Origin: Blastocatellia bacterium
GTDB lineage: Bacteria; Acidobacteriota; Blastocatellia; UBA7656
Length of the DNA stretch: 51,586 nt
Reading direction: 5' to 3'
Assembly: GCA_049273835.1 (NCBI GenBank)
Contig: JBASRM010000547.1
Location: 1-51,586, forward strand
The notes beneath the pieces were generated by a model. The model was not told the DNA's origin and searched no databases. It saw nothing but the letters and a program-made list of their open reading frames with translations. The position numbers were made by a program, and so were the translations under genes. Position 1 is the stretch's first letter. Every line of letters begins with the position of its first letter. This document shows positions 41,940-51,564 of this stretch, one piece after another.

Positions 41940-44873
41940 ATGTTAGTCTCGAGCAGTAAATGCCCCCGCATACTAATCGTATCTTCAGTTGTTCTCTGCT
42001 TCGCGCTTCAGCTCCCGATTGGGGCTTCTCCTGGCGGCGCCCCGCGACTGGCTTCAGACGGCGGACTATCGGAGTTTGAACCGCTTCCGAATTTTGACGC
42101 AAGACAACTGCGCGTCAATAGCGATCGGGAGCTCACGGTCGCATCAAGCAAGCGAGTCCTTTCCATTCGCTCCGCCACCGAGAACGTGGTGCTGACCTGG
42201 AATGACGAGCTCGACTTGCCGCATCACATGCTTTCTGGTGAAGCGCCCCTCACAACCGCATCAAGAGACGATGCAATCCAGATCGCAAAGCGATTTGTTC
42301 GAGACAACAGATCGTTGTTTGCGATAAGCGATCTTCAGCTCGAGTCGGCTCGAGTGGCGGCGCGCGAAACAGCCGAGAAGCAGGGATTCACAAGACTTGT
42401 GCTCGAACAGCAAGTGGATGGCATTCGAGTTTTCGATTCCGAGATGCTGTTTATCATCGACCGCCAGGGTAGGCTGCATTCCGAGTCGGGAAGCTTTATT
42501 CCTGAGCTGGATCGGATGGAGCTTGATTCATCACCCGGTCTTACTCCTGAAAGTGCGCTCCTTCGCGCCGCACACTTTTGTGGTGCCGAGCTTACCGGCG
42601 ATGCTGTTGCGACGCCCGGCGATCGGGGCGGGCGAAACCGAGTGCTGTTTTTATCGGAGGAGGTGGATGAACGCTCGGAAGCCAGTCTTATCTTTTACCC
42701 GATCGCGCGAGACGAGGTCAGGCTTGCCTATCAGGTCTTGCTGTATGGAGTACCGTCAAAGCTCGATGCTTACCTGCTGTTGATCGATGCACATTCGGGC
42801 GAGTTGCTGCGCCGCGATTCGCTTACCTACACCCTGGCCGCTCCGATGGGGCGTGTGTTCAAGGGAGAGAATCCATCCGCCGTTCAACGCGAGTTGGTTG
42901 CGTTCGAAGGTGACGCGACCGCTTCACCTGCAGGCTGGGTCACTGCCAATCGCACGGCCGGGAACAACACTCAGGTTTACTTCAACCCTGAACTTCTCGG
43001 AGGCGAGACCATAAAGGGCAACGTCGAGGGCGACTTCGATTATGAGATCGATCTTACGCCTGGACGCTCTCCTTTGAAGTCGTCCGATGCATCGGGGGCG
43101 AACCTGTTCTACTGGATCAACCTTGCTCATGACCGGTTCTATGCCCTGGGGTTCGATGAGACTTCGCGCAACTTTCAGTTAGACAACCTCGGCAAGGCCG
43201 GCCGCGGCGGCGATCCGGTTCGAGCTGAAACGCTGCGCGGCGCGGCAATCGATCCGGCTGCCACGAATCAACTTGTACGCAACAATGCTTACTTCCAAAC
43301 CGCTCTTGACGGCACGCAGCCGCTGCTGGCGATGTTGATGTGGAACGCAACCGTTAACGGACAACTCGTAGATTTGGACTGCTCGTACGATGCCGGCGTG
43401 ACCATTCACGAATACACTCACGGCGTATCGACTCGGCTCGCGGGGACTGATAACAGCACCGGGCTGAGGTCGACTCAAGGCGGTGGAATGGGAGAAGGGT
43501 GGTCTGACTTCTTCGCCATATCCTTCCTGACCGGCGACCAGCCGCTTGACGGCGCACACGCCGCCGGCAGCTATGTGACCGGGCGCGCGAGGGGAGTGAG
43601 GAATTATCCCTACAGCACTCGCCAGGATATCGACCCGCTTACCTTCGGTGATATTCGCTCTTACACGGAGGTGCATGCGCAGGGAACGGTGTGGTGTTCG
43701 ATGTTATGGGATATGCGGCAGGCCTTCATCGAGCGCTATGGATTTCAACTTGGAAAGGATGCCGCTGAGCGTCTGGTAATCAGCGGTCTAAAGGCGACGC
43801 CTCTTGCGCCGACGTTTGTCGATGCGCGCGATGCGATACTTCTCGCGGACCGGCTGACCAACGGCGGCGCCAATCAGGCATTGATCTGGCGAGCGTTCGC
43901 GGGTCGAGGATTGGGTAAATCGGCGATCGCCTCGCTGATATCGCCGAGCTCCGGATTTCGAATTGTAGCGACAGAGGGTTACGATGTGCCCCCCGAGTTT
44001 TCGTCAGGTTCGCTGGTTATTAACGATAAACCATCAACTCCGGCTGTGATCGGCGAGCTGCTTCCGCTTATTGTTGTCGACCGCGATGTCGCCGCTTCGT
44101 CGATCAACGTGGTTGCCACGAACACGGTGACCGGTGCTACAGCGGCAATAACCCTCGCGCAGAGCGCGCCCGGCAGGTTCGCCGGGTCGCTCAGATGCGT
44201 GTCGCCCGGGCAAGATGGCGGGCCCGACGTCGCCCTTGCCGCCTCACCAGGAGATGCGATATCGATTACCTATGCCAACGCGCGTGACGAAGCCGGCGTG
44301 CCGGAGACCATCGAAGCGCGAACCGTCGCCGGCCGACGCATCGAGGTGTACGCGACAGATTTTGAGCACGGTTTCGGAGATTGGCTCCTCTCAAGCTTGT
44401 GGCACGGAACCGAGCGACGAGCGGCCAGCGCTACTCACTCGCTGTACTACGCAAAACAGAAGGGCGTCAATGAAGCCAAGTCGTTCGCCCCGGTCGGCAT
44501 CAGCGGATCAGCTTATTCCCCCGCGGCGGACTTCCAGAGTCTTCCCGGGGCGCGTCTGGACTTCGACTATGCTTTTCTCGGCGCAGTGCAGGGAAAGACC
44601 AGTGGCGATCTGTTCACGATCAACGCAAGGAATTATCCGTTTTTCGGCACGAGTCAGTTGACCGCCGAGGATCCTCGACTCCAGTTGACTTTCGATCTGC
44701 GCCCCGATGGCTCTGCAACATTCAAACAGGCAAGCATCGATTTTCGGTTCCTGGGCACCGGCAACGCCTACCTCAATCTGCTGTTCACCGCATCGAGTGC
44801 AGACATCGTGCGGAAGAAGCTTGAAGGCTTGTACGTGGACAACATCCGTATGACCGCCGTTTTGACGCGGTGA
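41940..44873 (+). CDS. M36 (fungalysin)-family extracellular metalloproteinase with N-terminal propeptide and ~300-aa C-terminal extension
   Basis: Signal peptide. HEYTHGVSTRL zinc motif and GGMGEGWSDFFA. Long C-terminal beta-rich region after about aa 660. Confidence 0.87.
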   Translation: MLVSSSKCPRILIVSSVVLCFALQLPIGASPGGAPRLASDGGLSEFEPLPNFDARQLRVNSDRELTVASSKRVLSIRSATENVVLTWNDELDLPHHMLSGEAPLTTASRDDAIQIAKRFVRDNRSLFAISDLQLESARVAARETAEKQGFTRLVLEQQVDGIRVFDSEMLFIIDRQGRLHSESGSFIPELDRMELDSSPGLTPESALLRAAHFCGAELTGDAVATPGDRGGRNRVLFLSEEVDERSEASLIFYPIARDEVRLAYQVLLYGVPSKLDAYLLLIDAHSGELLRRDSLTYTLAAPMGRVFKGENPSAVQRELVAFEGDATASPAGWVTANRTAGNNTQVYFNPELLGGETIKGNVEGDFDYEIDLTPGRSPLKSSDASGANLFYWINLAHDRFYALGFDETSRNFQLDNLGKAGRGGDPVRAETLRGAAIDPAATNQLVRNNAYFQTALDGTQPLLAMLMWNATVNGQLVDLDCSYDAGVTIHEYTHGVSTRLAGTDNSTGLRSTQGGGMGEGWSDFFAISFLTGDQPLDGAHAAGSYVTGRARGVRNYPYSTRQDIDPLTFGDIRSYTEVHAQGTVWCSMLWDMRQAFIERYGFQLGKDAAERLVISGLKATPLAPTFVDARDAILLADRLTNGGANQALIWRAFAGRGLGKSAIASLISPSSGFRIVATEGYDVPPEFSSGSLVINDKPSTPAVIGELLPLIVVDRDVAASSINVVATNTVTGATAAITLAQSAPGRFAGSLRCVSPGQDGGPDVALAASPGDAISITYANARDEAGVPETIEARTVAGRRIEVYATDFEHGFGDWLLSSLWHGTERRAASATHSLYYAKQKGVNEAKSFAPVGISGSAYSPAADFQSLPGARLDFDYAFLGAVQGKTSGDLFTINARNYPFFGTSQLTAEDPRLQLTFDLRPDGSATFKQASIDFRFLGTGNAYLNLLFTASSADIVRKKLEGLYVDNIRMTAVLTR

Positions 44874-44935
44874 GACAAGAGAGTATCTTTTCGCAAACGC
44901 AACCGCGCTGCCTATGTCGACGCTGTTCACCGCAC

Positions 44936-46120
44936 TCAGCGCCGCAGAGTCTCAACCACTGAGATGAATTCGGAAGGCGGGGGTGCTGTGAACTCCAACC
45001 ATTCGCCGCCCGCAGGATGATGAAACGCCAGCTTCCACGCATGCAGGCACAAACGCGGTGCCGGATTTGAATCGCGATTTGCGGAGGCCGCGTCCTCACG
45101 CGGACGAACATCGGTCCTAAATCCGTGATCCGAAATCGGCAATCCTCGGTCGGAATGTATGTCGTCGCCGACGATCGGATGCCCCAGGTGAGCGCAATGG
45201 ATTCGTAGCTGATTGGTGCGGCCAGTCACCGGCTCCAGCTCGAGAAGAGTAACCGGTCCGAGTCTTTCAATGACCTTGAATCGCGTCTCGGCCTGTTTGC
45301 CGCCTTCAATGACGCGCCAATGAGGACGCTGGTCTGGGTCTCGCCCAATTGGCGCGGTGATGGATCCGGCGGCTTCTTCGACAGTGCCCCGCACCAATGC
45401 GAGATATCGCTTTTCGACAAGCCGCTTTCGAAAATGCCGCGACAGCACGCCGAGCGCCTTAGGCGTCTTCGCCACTACGATCAAACCCGAGGTCGCGCGG
45501 TCAAGCCTGTGCACCAGCCCGGGACGAACAAGCGAATGTTGTTGTCCGTGAGCTGCCGGTTCCGGGTCCCGAGTTTCGAGTTCAGCGCTTGCGCTAACCG
45601 CATTGGTCCGGGCGTCAGGCCCAACACCCTCAACCTGTTGATGCGCTGTCGTCAACTGGCCCGCTGAGCCTCGATGCCGAGACCGCAAACCGCCGAATAA
45701 GTGTTTGTTCAAATGATAAGCCAAGGCGTTGGCAAGAGTGCCCGTCTTCACGCTCATCGTCGGATGGACAAGCATTCCTGCAGGCTTGACCACTACGATC
45801 AAGTGGTCATCTTCGGTGACTATTTCGAGTGGAATCGGCTCCGGAGACATTGCTGTAGGAGCGCCTTCATCAAACGATATTTCGACAAAATCACCGGGAG
45901 CTATTCGTTGACCAGCTCGAGCCGCGGCACCATTCACAATGCACGCGCCCGCTTCGATAAGATTCGCAATGCGCATTTGGCTGAGATTTCCAAAGCGCGA
46001 TGCGAAGAAGTCATCGACTCGACGGCCCGCGTCCGTTGTCTCGACGAGAAACTGAAAGAAATAACCCATAAGCCGGCGTTGAACGCTGCGAGTGTTCACC
46101 TTCACATTACGATCCAGCAT
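44936..46120 (-). CDS. RluA-family (RluD-type) 23S rRNA pseudouridine synthase with S4 domain and an internal low-complexity insertion
   Basis: S4-like RVDDFFASRFGNLSQMRIANLIEAGACIVNG. Catalytic HRLDRATSGLIVVAKT. Start placed at the ATG at 46120 (alternative 46069), downstream of the stop of the preceding gene at 46326. Confidence 0.82.
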   Translation of the reverse strand: MLDRNVKVNTRSVQRRLMGYFFQFLVETTDAGRRVDDFFASRFGNLSQMRIANLIEAGACIVNGAAARAGQRIAPGDFVEISFDEGAPTAMSPEPIPLEIVTEDDHLIVVVKPAGMLVHPTMSVKTGTLANALAYHLNKHLFGGLRSRHRGSAGQLTTAHQQVEGVGPDARTNAVSASAELETRDPEPAAHGQQHSLVRPGLVHRLDRATSGLIVVAKTPKALGVLSRHFRKRLVEKRYLALVRGTVEEAAGSITAPIGRDPDQRPHWRVIEGGKQAETRFKVIERLGPVTLLELEPVTGRTNQLRIHCAHLGHPIVGDDIHSDRGLPISDHGFRTDVRPREDAASANRDSNPAPRLCLHAWKLAFHHPAGGEWLEFTAPPPSEFISVVETLRR

Positions 46121-46325
46121 CGAACCTCCCGCATTATTGCACACATACTGGTGCATGCCGGGCTGCACGGGGTCATCGGTAATAATGAGAATCCTGATAA
46201 TTTCGGCGTGACTGATAACGGAAGGCTGGATTAGGGACCATGGCCACGAACACTTGGGAAGCTTCGTTCCTTTGTGATTTGGTGGCGCCCCAAAGAAGTG
46301 TAACGGCGCCCTGGCGTGGTGGCTC

Positions 46326-48554
46326 TTATCGTCGAAGCACTCGTACCGCACCCTCTTGATTGACAACTCGAATGATCGCACCTGCGTTACCCGCGTCACC
46401 CAGCCTGCTGCCATCGCTGAGCGTCCCCTTCTGGACAAGCACCCTGCCACCCTTCTTGATCAAAGGGTCCTTGTTGAAGGTCAAACACAACCCGGCCTTT
46501 GCTAGCTCGACGCGCGTTCCGAAGGAGGCGAATCGGCCTCCCAAACGCAATACGTTACCCAAGTCCGACGATTCGATCAGCGTTAGGTCAGCAATATTCT
46601 CAGGCAGCTCCGGTACCCTAAAAAGAAACACCGAGTTGTCAGGTTGGCCGCACGCGACATATGCAAAGTGAGTAGGTCGCGGAGGCTGGCCCAGGCCGGC
46701 TGAAGAAACGTTGACCGTCAAGCAAGCGACGCCTCGAGGTTTCGGACATGTCGACGTTGTGATCGGAGGCGCCGAGACCACCTGATCGATCCTTGTATCG
46801 ATCACGCCCGCGATTCCTAAACTGTCATTCGTAAAGACAACGGTGCTGGGCTGAATATCCAAAGCATTAGACGCACATGCGGCGATGCCAAAGGGTCCGC
46901 CCCCTCCTCCGCCTGCTTGAAGGGTCCTGCCCGTTATTGGATCTTTCGTCAGTGGAGCGGTGGGAGCCGGAATTCCCGACGCGCCGGCGCTACCCGGTTC
47001 TGTTCCGCGGGTGGTGTCGTCGATGATTGCCCGGATAAATGTGTCTTTGCAAGTGTCGAACTCAGCCAGGGCTCCATTGGGCGTAACATCTCCCTCAGAG
47101 CTCGACCAATAGGTGACGTACAGATTGCCGTTTGAGGGCGATATGGCTCCAGTCCACGGATTCTGGGCGATTGCCGGCCGCGGAAGGACCGGAGGCGAGG
47201 GGCCGATATGGAGCGGGAACTGGATTGGAGGGGCTGGGATGTCTTTTATTTTCTTATCAGTCCGCGTATCGATCACCGACACGGTACCGTCCCCGAAGTT
47301 GGTCACATAGATCTTCGCTCCGCCGAGCGATGCAATGCAGCTAGACGGGTCGTGTCCAACGGGTATCTCGGCGACTTTCTGATCGTTTGCGGTGTTGATC
47401 ACATCGACCCGGTTAGCTCCGCCGCACGGAACATACAACTTGCTGGCCGCGATCGCCGGGAACCTGGGGCCCTTGCCAATGTTTACTATCAGGCTCTGGG
47501 TGTAGCTTCCGTTGGTCTGTCTTGTTAATACCGCGACGCGTCCCTGATTGATCGTCGAGTAGTCCACCGGAAACTCTTTCGAGGGAACCGTGTTCGAGCC
47601 AAAAAGCGTCACGTACACTTTGCCCAGGCCGCTGCTACCGGCGACACCGAACGGGCCAAGCGGTGGACCGCACGTCACACAAGCTCGTGGATCTACGATG
47701 GTGATGTTCTTGAATGTATTGTTCGTTGTGTTGATGATCGTCACGTTATCCGAGACCAGATTTGCAACGATCACCTCCGCGTCCAGCGTGCCAACGCCCC
47801 ACGGTTCCACCGCGGACGGGTCTTTGATCGTCGTAATCGGCATCGGATCGACCGTTCCAAGTTCGGCGGTCGCGCGGATGAGAAAGCTACCCGGCGCACA
47901 GAACTCGGAGGGTTTGAATCCGTCGGCGAGCGTTCGCCAGACTTCGCCCGCATCAACCGTGAAAAACGATTCCGAACCGGGCAGCTTCGATTTACCCGGA
48001 CTGTCGAATAGCGCGGGCTTGTCCGCAATTCCAAATTCATCCATCGCGCCCACAACGAAGCTGCCCTTCTGAATTGTCAAGGGTGTGATCAGGTTGAAGG
48101 TCATTATCTGATCGGTGCCTCGCACGCGACCGATGAGTGTTGCATCCGGCGATTGCCCGTTACCGGGCCCATCGCTGTCCGGGTCGAGGTAGACCACTAT
48201 GCGATAAAGCGAATCGGGTCGGACGCCGCTCATCAACCCGCGTTCGAATCCGATGGTGATGGAGCGAAGGGTCGCCGGATAAGTGGCAGGAGTAAGCTTA
48301 TTCACCCAACCGAATCCTGGTTTGCCTATTAGCATTTCCGGCGGCCCTAACGCACACTCGGCGACGCCGTCGTCGATCGCGATCTCAACAACCTGCCCTG
48401 CAGGTTCGACCCCTTGCGCGCCACTGACGATTGTAAAGACCGGTCGAAGCGGGAGGATATACCCCAATAGAATCAGCATCACCACCGGACCCGCACCGCG
48501 TGCCTTCGACACAAATCCGCGAGAGGCACTATTAAGGCTGTTCACTTCATTCAC
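46326..48554 (-). CDS. large secreted/anchored protein with YVTN-type beta-propeller repeats, unknown function
   Basis: N-terminal anchor PVVMLILLGYILPL. Repeats such as KIYVTNFGDGTVSVIDTRTDKKI, NRVDVINTANDQKVAEIPVG, VSDNVTIINTTNNTF. GGGGGG loop. The start is GTG and is uncertain. Confidence 0.7.
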   Translation of the reverse strand: MNEVNSLNSASRGFVSKARGAGPVVMLILLGYILPLRPVFTIVSGAQGVEPAGQVVEIAIDDGVAECALGPPEMLIGKPGFGWVNKLTPATYPATLRSITIGFERGLMSGVRPDSLYRIVVYLDPDSDGPGNGQSPDATLIGRVRGTDQIMTFNLITPLTIQKGSFVVGAMDEFGIADKPALFDSPGKSKLPGSESFFTVDAGEVWRTLADGFKPSEFCAPGSFLIRATAELGTVDPMPITTIKDPSAVEPWGVGTLDAEVIVANLVSDNVTIINTTNNTFKNITIVDPRACVTCGPPLGPFGVAGSSGLGKVYVTLFGSNTVPSKEFPVDYSTINQGRVAVLTRQTNGSYTQSLIVNIGKGPRFPAIAASKLYVPCGGANRVDVINTANDQKVAEIPVGHDPSSCIASLGGAKIYVTNFGDGTVSVIDTRTDKKIKDIPAPPIQFPLHIGPSPPVLPRPAIAQNPWTGAISPSNGNLYVTYWSSSEGDVTPNGALAEFDTCKDTFIRAIIDDTTRGTEPGSAGASGIPAPTAPLTKDPITGRTLQAGGGGGGPFGIAACASNALDIQPSTVVFTNDSLGIAGVIDTRIDQVVSAPPITTSTCPKPRGVACLTVNVSSAGLGQPPRPTHFAYVACGQPDNSVFLFRVPELPENIADLTLIESSDLGNVLRLGGRFASFGTRVELAKAGLCLTFNKDPLIKKGGRVLVQKGTLSDGSRLGDAGNAGAIIRVVNQEGAVRVLRR

Positions 48555-48875
48555 CTCGCAGGGCCGATCGCCCGATCCAGGGAATCTTTAGCGGGCACCG
48601 ATGATGTCGATTCCAAGCTCGTCGTCGCGTATTCAGGCGGAAACTGGAAGCCCTTTTATTTTATCTGCTCGGCCTTTCGACTGAATGCGACAACGAATCA
48701 GTAGCGCTACCAAATCGGAAGAGCACCTCGTATGCCAGCTTTTGTTGTGAACGATAGTGAACAATGAAGGGGGATGTTGATGTTCGGCCGTCGAGCCTGG
48801 CAACAAGCGTCCCAGAACTCGGGCATAAAGTACCGGTGTTGGTAAGATAGTTGTCAGTTGCCCGGTAGGAGATGC

Positions 48876-50021
48876 TCAGATAAGACCGTTCCCGCGGCGA
48901 AGCAGGTTTTCGGCTTCCTCGAGCACTGATGAGTCCGTATCCGTCCTCAGACAATGTTCGGCAGCCGGCAACGCGCGCTTTCCGTCAAGCTCACCGACAG
49001 CCCAGAGCGCGTGGCTTCGAATTAGAGGCTCCGGATCATTCTCAATTCGCGCGATGAGTGCCGGCACAACCGCAATTGCGCACACGTTGGCTGCAACCAC
49101 CGCGGCATTTCGAAGCAGCCCTCGACGCTTCGGCCGGGTGATAGGCGTGCCTCGAAACCGGGCGCGAAACTCGTCGTCGGTTGCAATCGAGAGAACCTCA
49201 ACCAGATCGAGCCGAGTACCGGCGCCGGCCTCCGGCCGAAACTCGGACCACGAGGTCGGCGAGGCAAAACGATTAAATGGGCAGACGTCCTGGCACACAT
49301 CGCATCCGAAAATCCATTCACCTATTGCCGAACGGAGTTCACGCGGGATCGCGCCTTTGTTTTCAATAGTCAGATACGAGATGCATTTGCGCGAGTCGAG
49401 CCGGTAGGGGCCGGCAAAGGCGTCTGTCGGGCACGCGTCAATGCAGCGGTGACAACTGCCGCACGTGACTTTTATCTTGCGGTCGTCGGCGGGGAGTTCA
49501 AGATCAAGCAGAATCTCCGACAGGAAAAACCAGGAGCCATTTCGTGGTTGTATCAGGTTTGTGTTTTTCCCGAAGAATCCCAGACCCGCCCTGGCCGCGG
49601 CGGCGCGTTCCATCAACGGAACCGCATCGACGAAGCAGCGCGCGTGAACCGATCGGCCGGCAATATGCTCTATCCTGCTAACGAGCGATTGAAGCCGCGG
49701 TTTCACCACGTCGTGATAGTCGAGTCCCCAGGCGTATCGAGCTACTCGCCCGTAACGATTTTCGTGCTCAAAGACTGGCGCCTCCGAATAGTGGTCGACT
49801 GCGAGCGTTATCAAAGACTGAGAATACGGCACAAGCGCGCGTGGCTGAGCGTGCAACTCAGGCCGGCGGGTCATGTAATCCATACCCGCGGCGAAGCCTT
49901 CCTCACGCCAGAGCTGGTAGGCATTGTCGTCGCGATGGAGCGGCTCGACCGAGGTTATGCCGGCAACCTCGAAGCCGAGATCACGAGCAGCGTGTTTGAT
50001 TTTCGCTACTAGCTCATTCAC
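48876..50021 (-). CDS. queG: tRNA epoxyqueuosine(34) reductase QueG
   Basis: CGSCHRCIDACPTDAF, CISYLTIE, CDVCQDVCPFN 4Fe-4S motifs. C-terminal HEAT-like repeats. Confidence 0.9.
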   Translation of the reverse strand: MNELVAKIKHAARDLGFEVAGITSVEPLHRDDNAYQLWREEGFAAGMDYMTRRPELHAQPRALVPYSQSLITLAVDHYSEAPVFEHENRYGRVARYAWGLDYHDVVKPRLQSLVSRIEHIAGRSVHARCFVDAVPLMERAAAARAGLGFFGKNTNLIQPRNGSWFFLSEILLDLELPADDRKIKVTCGSCHRCIDACPTDAFAGPYRLDSRKCISYLTIENKGAIPRELRSAIGEWIFGCDVCQDVCPFNRFASPTSWSEFRPEAGAGTRLDLVEVLSIATDDEFRARFRGTPITRPKRRGLLRNAAVVAANVCAIAVVPALIARIENDPEPLIRSHALWAVGELDGKRALPAAEHCLRTDTDSSVLEEAENLLRRGNGLI

Positions 50022-50355
50022 GAGGAAAGGCTATCTATGGGCTGCGCAGCGTGTCAATGAATCGTAGACACTCGACAAGCGTCACGAGGGTTGGGCTCTC
50101 AGAAATGCAGGGACCAACCCGTGACCTCGCTTGGGAGGCGGACGAGCTCTGCAACTGAGCGCAACTCTGAATTTCTAGCGCTCGGTGAAGACTGTCCCGA
50201 TTATCATTCGAGCCTGTTCCCTAACCTTACACACAAATAGCAAATTGCGAGGATTCGAAGAGAATTCTGGTGGCATTCTCCTTGCGCTATTTCACAAGCA
50301 TCGGTGTGCAAAGGGCTTAGGCCAGTTTGAATTCTACAGACAAAGGAGGTCTCGA

Positions 50356-51138
50356 ATGAAACCCGTCATCGGTATATTCAACTCACGCTCTGAAGCCGTG
50401 CGCGCGAGCGAACAATTGCAGTCAGCAGGTGTCCCGCCGGATAGAATCAATATGTTAACTCCCGGAACCTCTGAAGAGCTTCAGGCTGTCCCGACAACAG
50501 AAACAGAGCCGCCGGGTATGGGCGAAGCGATAGGCGCCGTAGTCGGCGGAGCAATCGGCGCGGCGGGAGGATTGAGTTTAGGCGCCGCAGCAGCGAGCTT
50601 CCTGGTGCCGGGAGTAGGCCCGGTACTCGCCGTTGGACTATTGGGGGCGGCGTTGTTCGGAACCGGTGGCGCAGTAGCCGGTGCAATCGCCGGCGACTCA
50701 TTCGATGAGACGCTCGCGGAAGGCCTGCCGATCGATGAGATGTTTGTATATGAAGACGCACTCAGACAGGGCCGCTCAATTGTAATCGTCCTTTCAAACG
50801 ACAACGAACACGCGAACCTCGCGCGAAAGGTTTTGGAACAATCGGGGGCGGAGAGTATCGATTCGGCTCGCGATAATTGGTGGCTCGGAGTGCGCGATGC
50901 AGAAGAGGAGCAATATCGGGGCATGGGGCGCGATTTCAACGGGGCAGAGCTGGACTATCGAAACGGGTTCGAAGCGGCATTGAGGCCCCAGATTCGCGGC
51001 AGGTCGTATGACGAAGCCGTCAATTACTTGATGACTCATTACCCTGAGAACTACCGCGGCGAGTCTTTCAAGACCGGGTACGAGCGGGGAATTAGTTACC
51101 AGAAGGAGCTGTCGAAGAAGCGGAAAGCGTCGGCTTAA
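50356..51138 (+). CDS. YflT-like general-stress-type protein with central glycine-zipper hydrophobic segment
   Basis: AAAGGAGG SD before the ATG at 50356. MKPVIGIFNSRSEAVRASEQLQSAGVPPDRI, then GAVVGGAIGAAGGLSLGAAAASFLVPGVGPVLAVGLLGAALFGTGGAVAGAIAG. Confidence 0.65.
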   Translation: MKPVIGIFNSRSEAVRASEQLQSAGVPPDRINMLTPGTSEELQAVPTTETEPPGMGEAIGAVVGGAIGAAGGLSLGAAAASFLVPGVGPVLAVGLLGAALFGTGGAVAGAIAGDSFDETLAEGLPIDEMFVYEDALRQGRSIVIVLSNDNEHANLARKVLEQSGAESIDSARDNWWLGVRDAEEEQYRGMGRDFNGAELDYRNGFEAALRPQIRGRSYDEAVNYLMTHYPENYRGESFKTGYERGISYQKELSKKRKASA

Positions 51139-51228
51139 AGGCGCTGGGACGCATTGTCGAGGTTTGACGTCGCGCATAGCGGGTGTGGACGATGTCTTGT
51201 GATCAGAAGCGAACAAAAGGAAACGAAA

Positions 51229-51339
51229 ATGAATCGGCTCAATCTAAGCGTATTTGCGCTCGTAACACTGTTCACACTCGTGCTGAGCGTGAGCGTTCTC
51301 GCAAGTGACAACGGCAACTCAAAAGCAGCGAGCGCATAG
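51229..51339 (+). CDS. possible 36-aa signal-peptide-like small ORF (doubtful)
   Basis: AAGGAAA 8 nt upstream. MNRLNLSVFALVTLFTLVLSVSVLASDNGNSKAASA is essentially only a signal peptide. Confidence 0.25.
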   Translation: MNRLNLSVFALVTLFTLVLSVSVLASDNGNSKAASA

Positions 51340-51406
51340 CAGACGGGGAAACCCGCCACGCTCACCGCGAAGCTGGTGGACCCGGAGAAGAAAGCTAAGG
51401 AGAAGA

Positions 51407-51478
51407 TGAGTTCAAGCTTTAGCTTGCCGGCGTCGCGAAGCAGCCTAAAGGCTGAACTCAGAACGTTACTCAGAACGT
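51407..51478. repeat. 72-nt repeat unit, copy 1 (imperfect ~52-nt palindrome plus 12-nt tandem motif)
   Basis: tgagttcaagctttagcttgccggcgtcgcgaagcagcctaaaggctgaactcagaacgttactcagaacgt, identical to copy 2. Confidence 0.9.
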
Positions 51479-51492
51479 CACCGGCGGCGTTC

Positions 51493-51564
51493 TGAGTTCA
51501 AGCTTTAGCTTGCCGGCGTCGCGAAGCAGCCTAAAGGCTGAACTCAGAACGTTACTCAGAACGT
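51493..51564. repeat. 72-nt repeat unit, copy 2 (72/72 identical to copy 1, offset 86 nt)
   Basis: Direct comparison of the two stretches base by base. Confidence 0.9.

Noticed and set aside
48661-48954. 97-aa minus-strand ORF overlapping the 3' end of queG
   Set aside because: It overlaps queG in another frame. The composition is implausible and there is no start context.
51337-51492. In-frame open reading after the TAG of the 51229 small ORF (QTGKPATLTAKLVDPEKKAKEK...), suggesting a disrupted or read-through secreted protein
   Set aside because: Only about 22 stop-free codons precede the repeat element, which is not statistically unusual. There is no recognisable domain. The remainder of the open frame lies inside the repeat.
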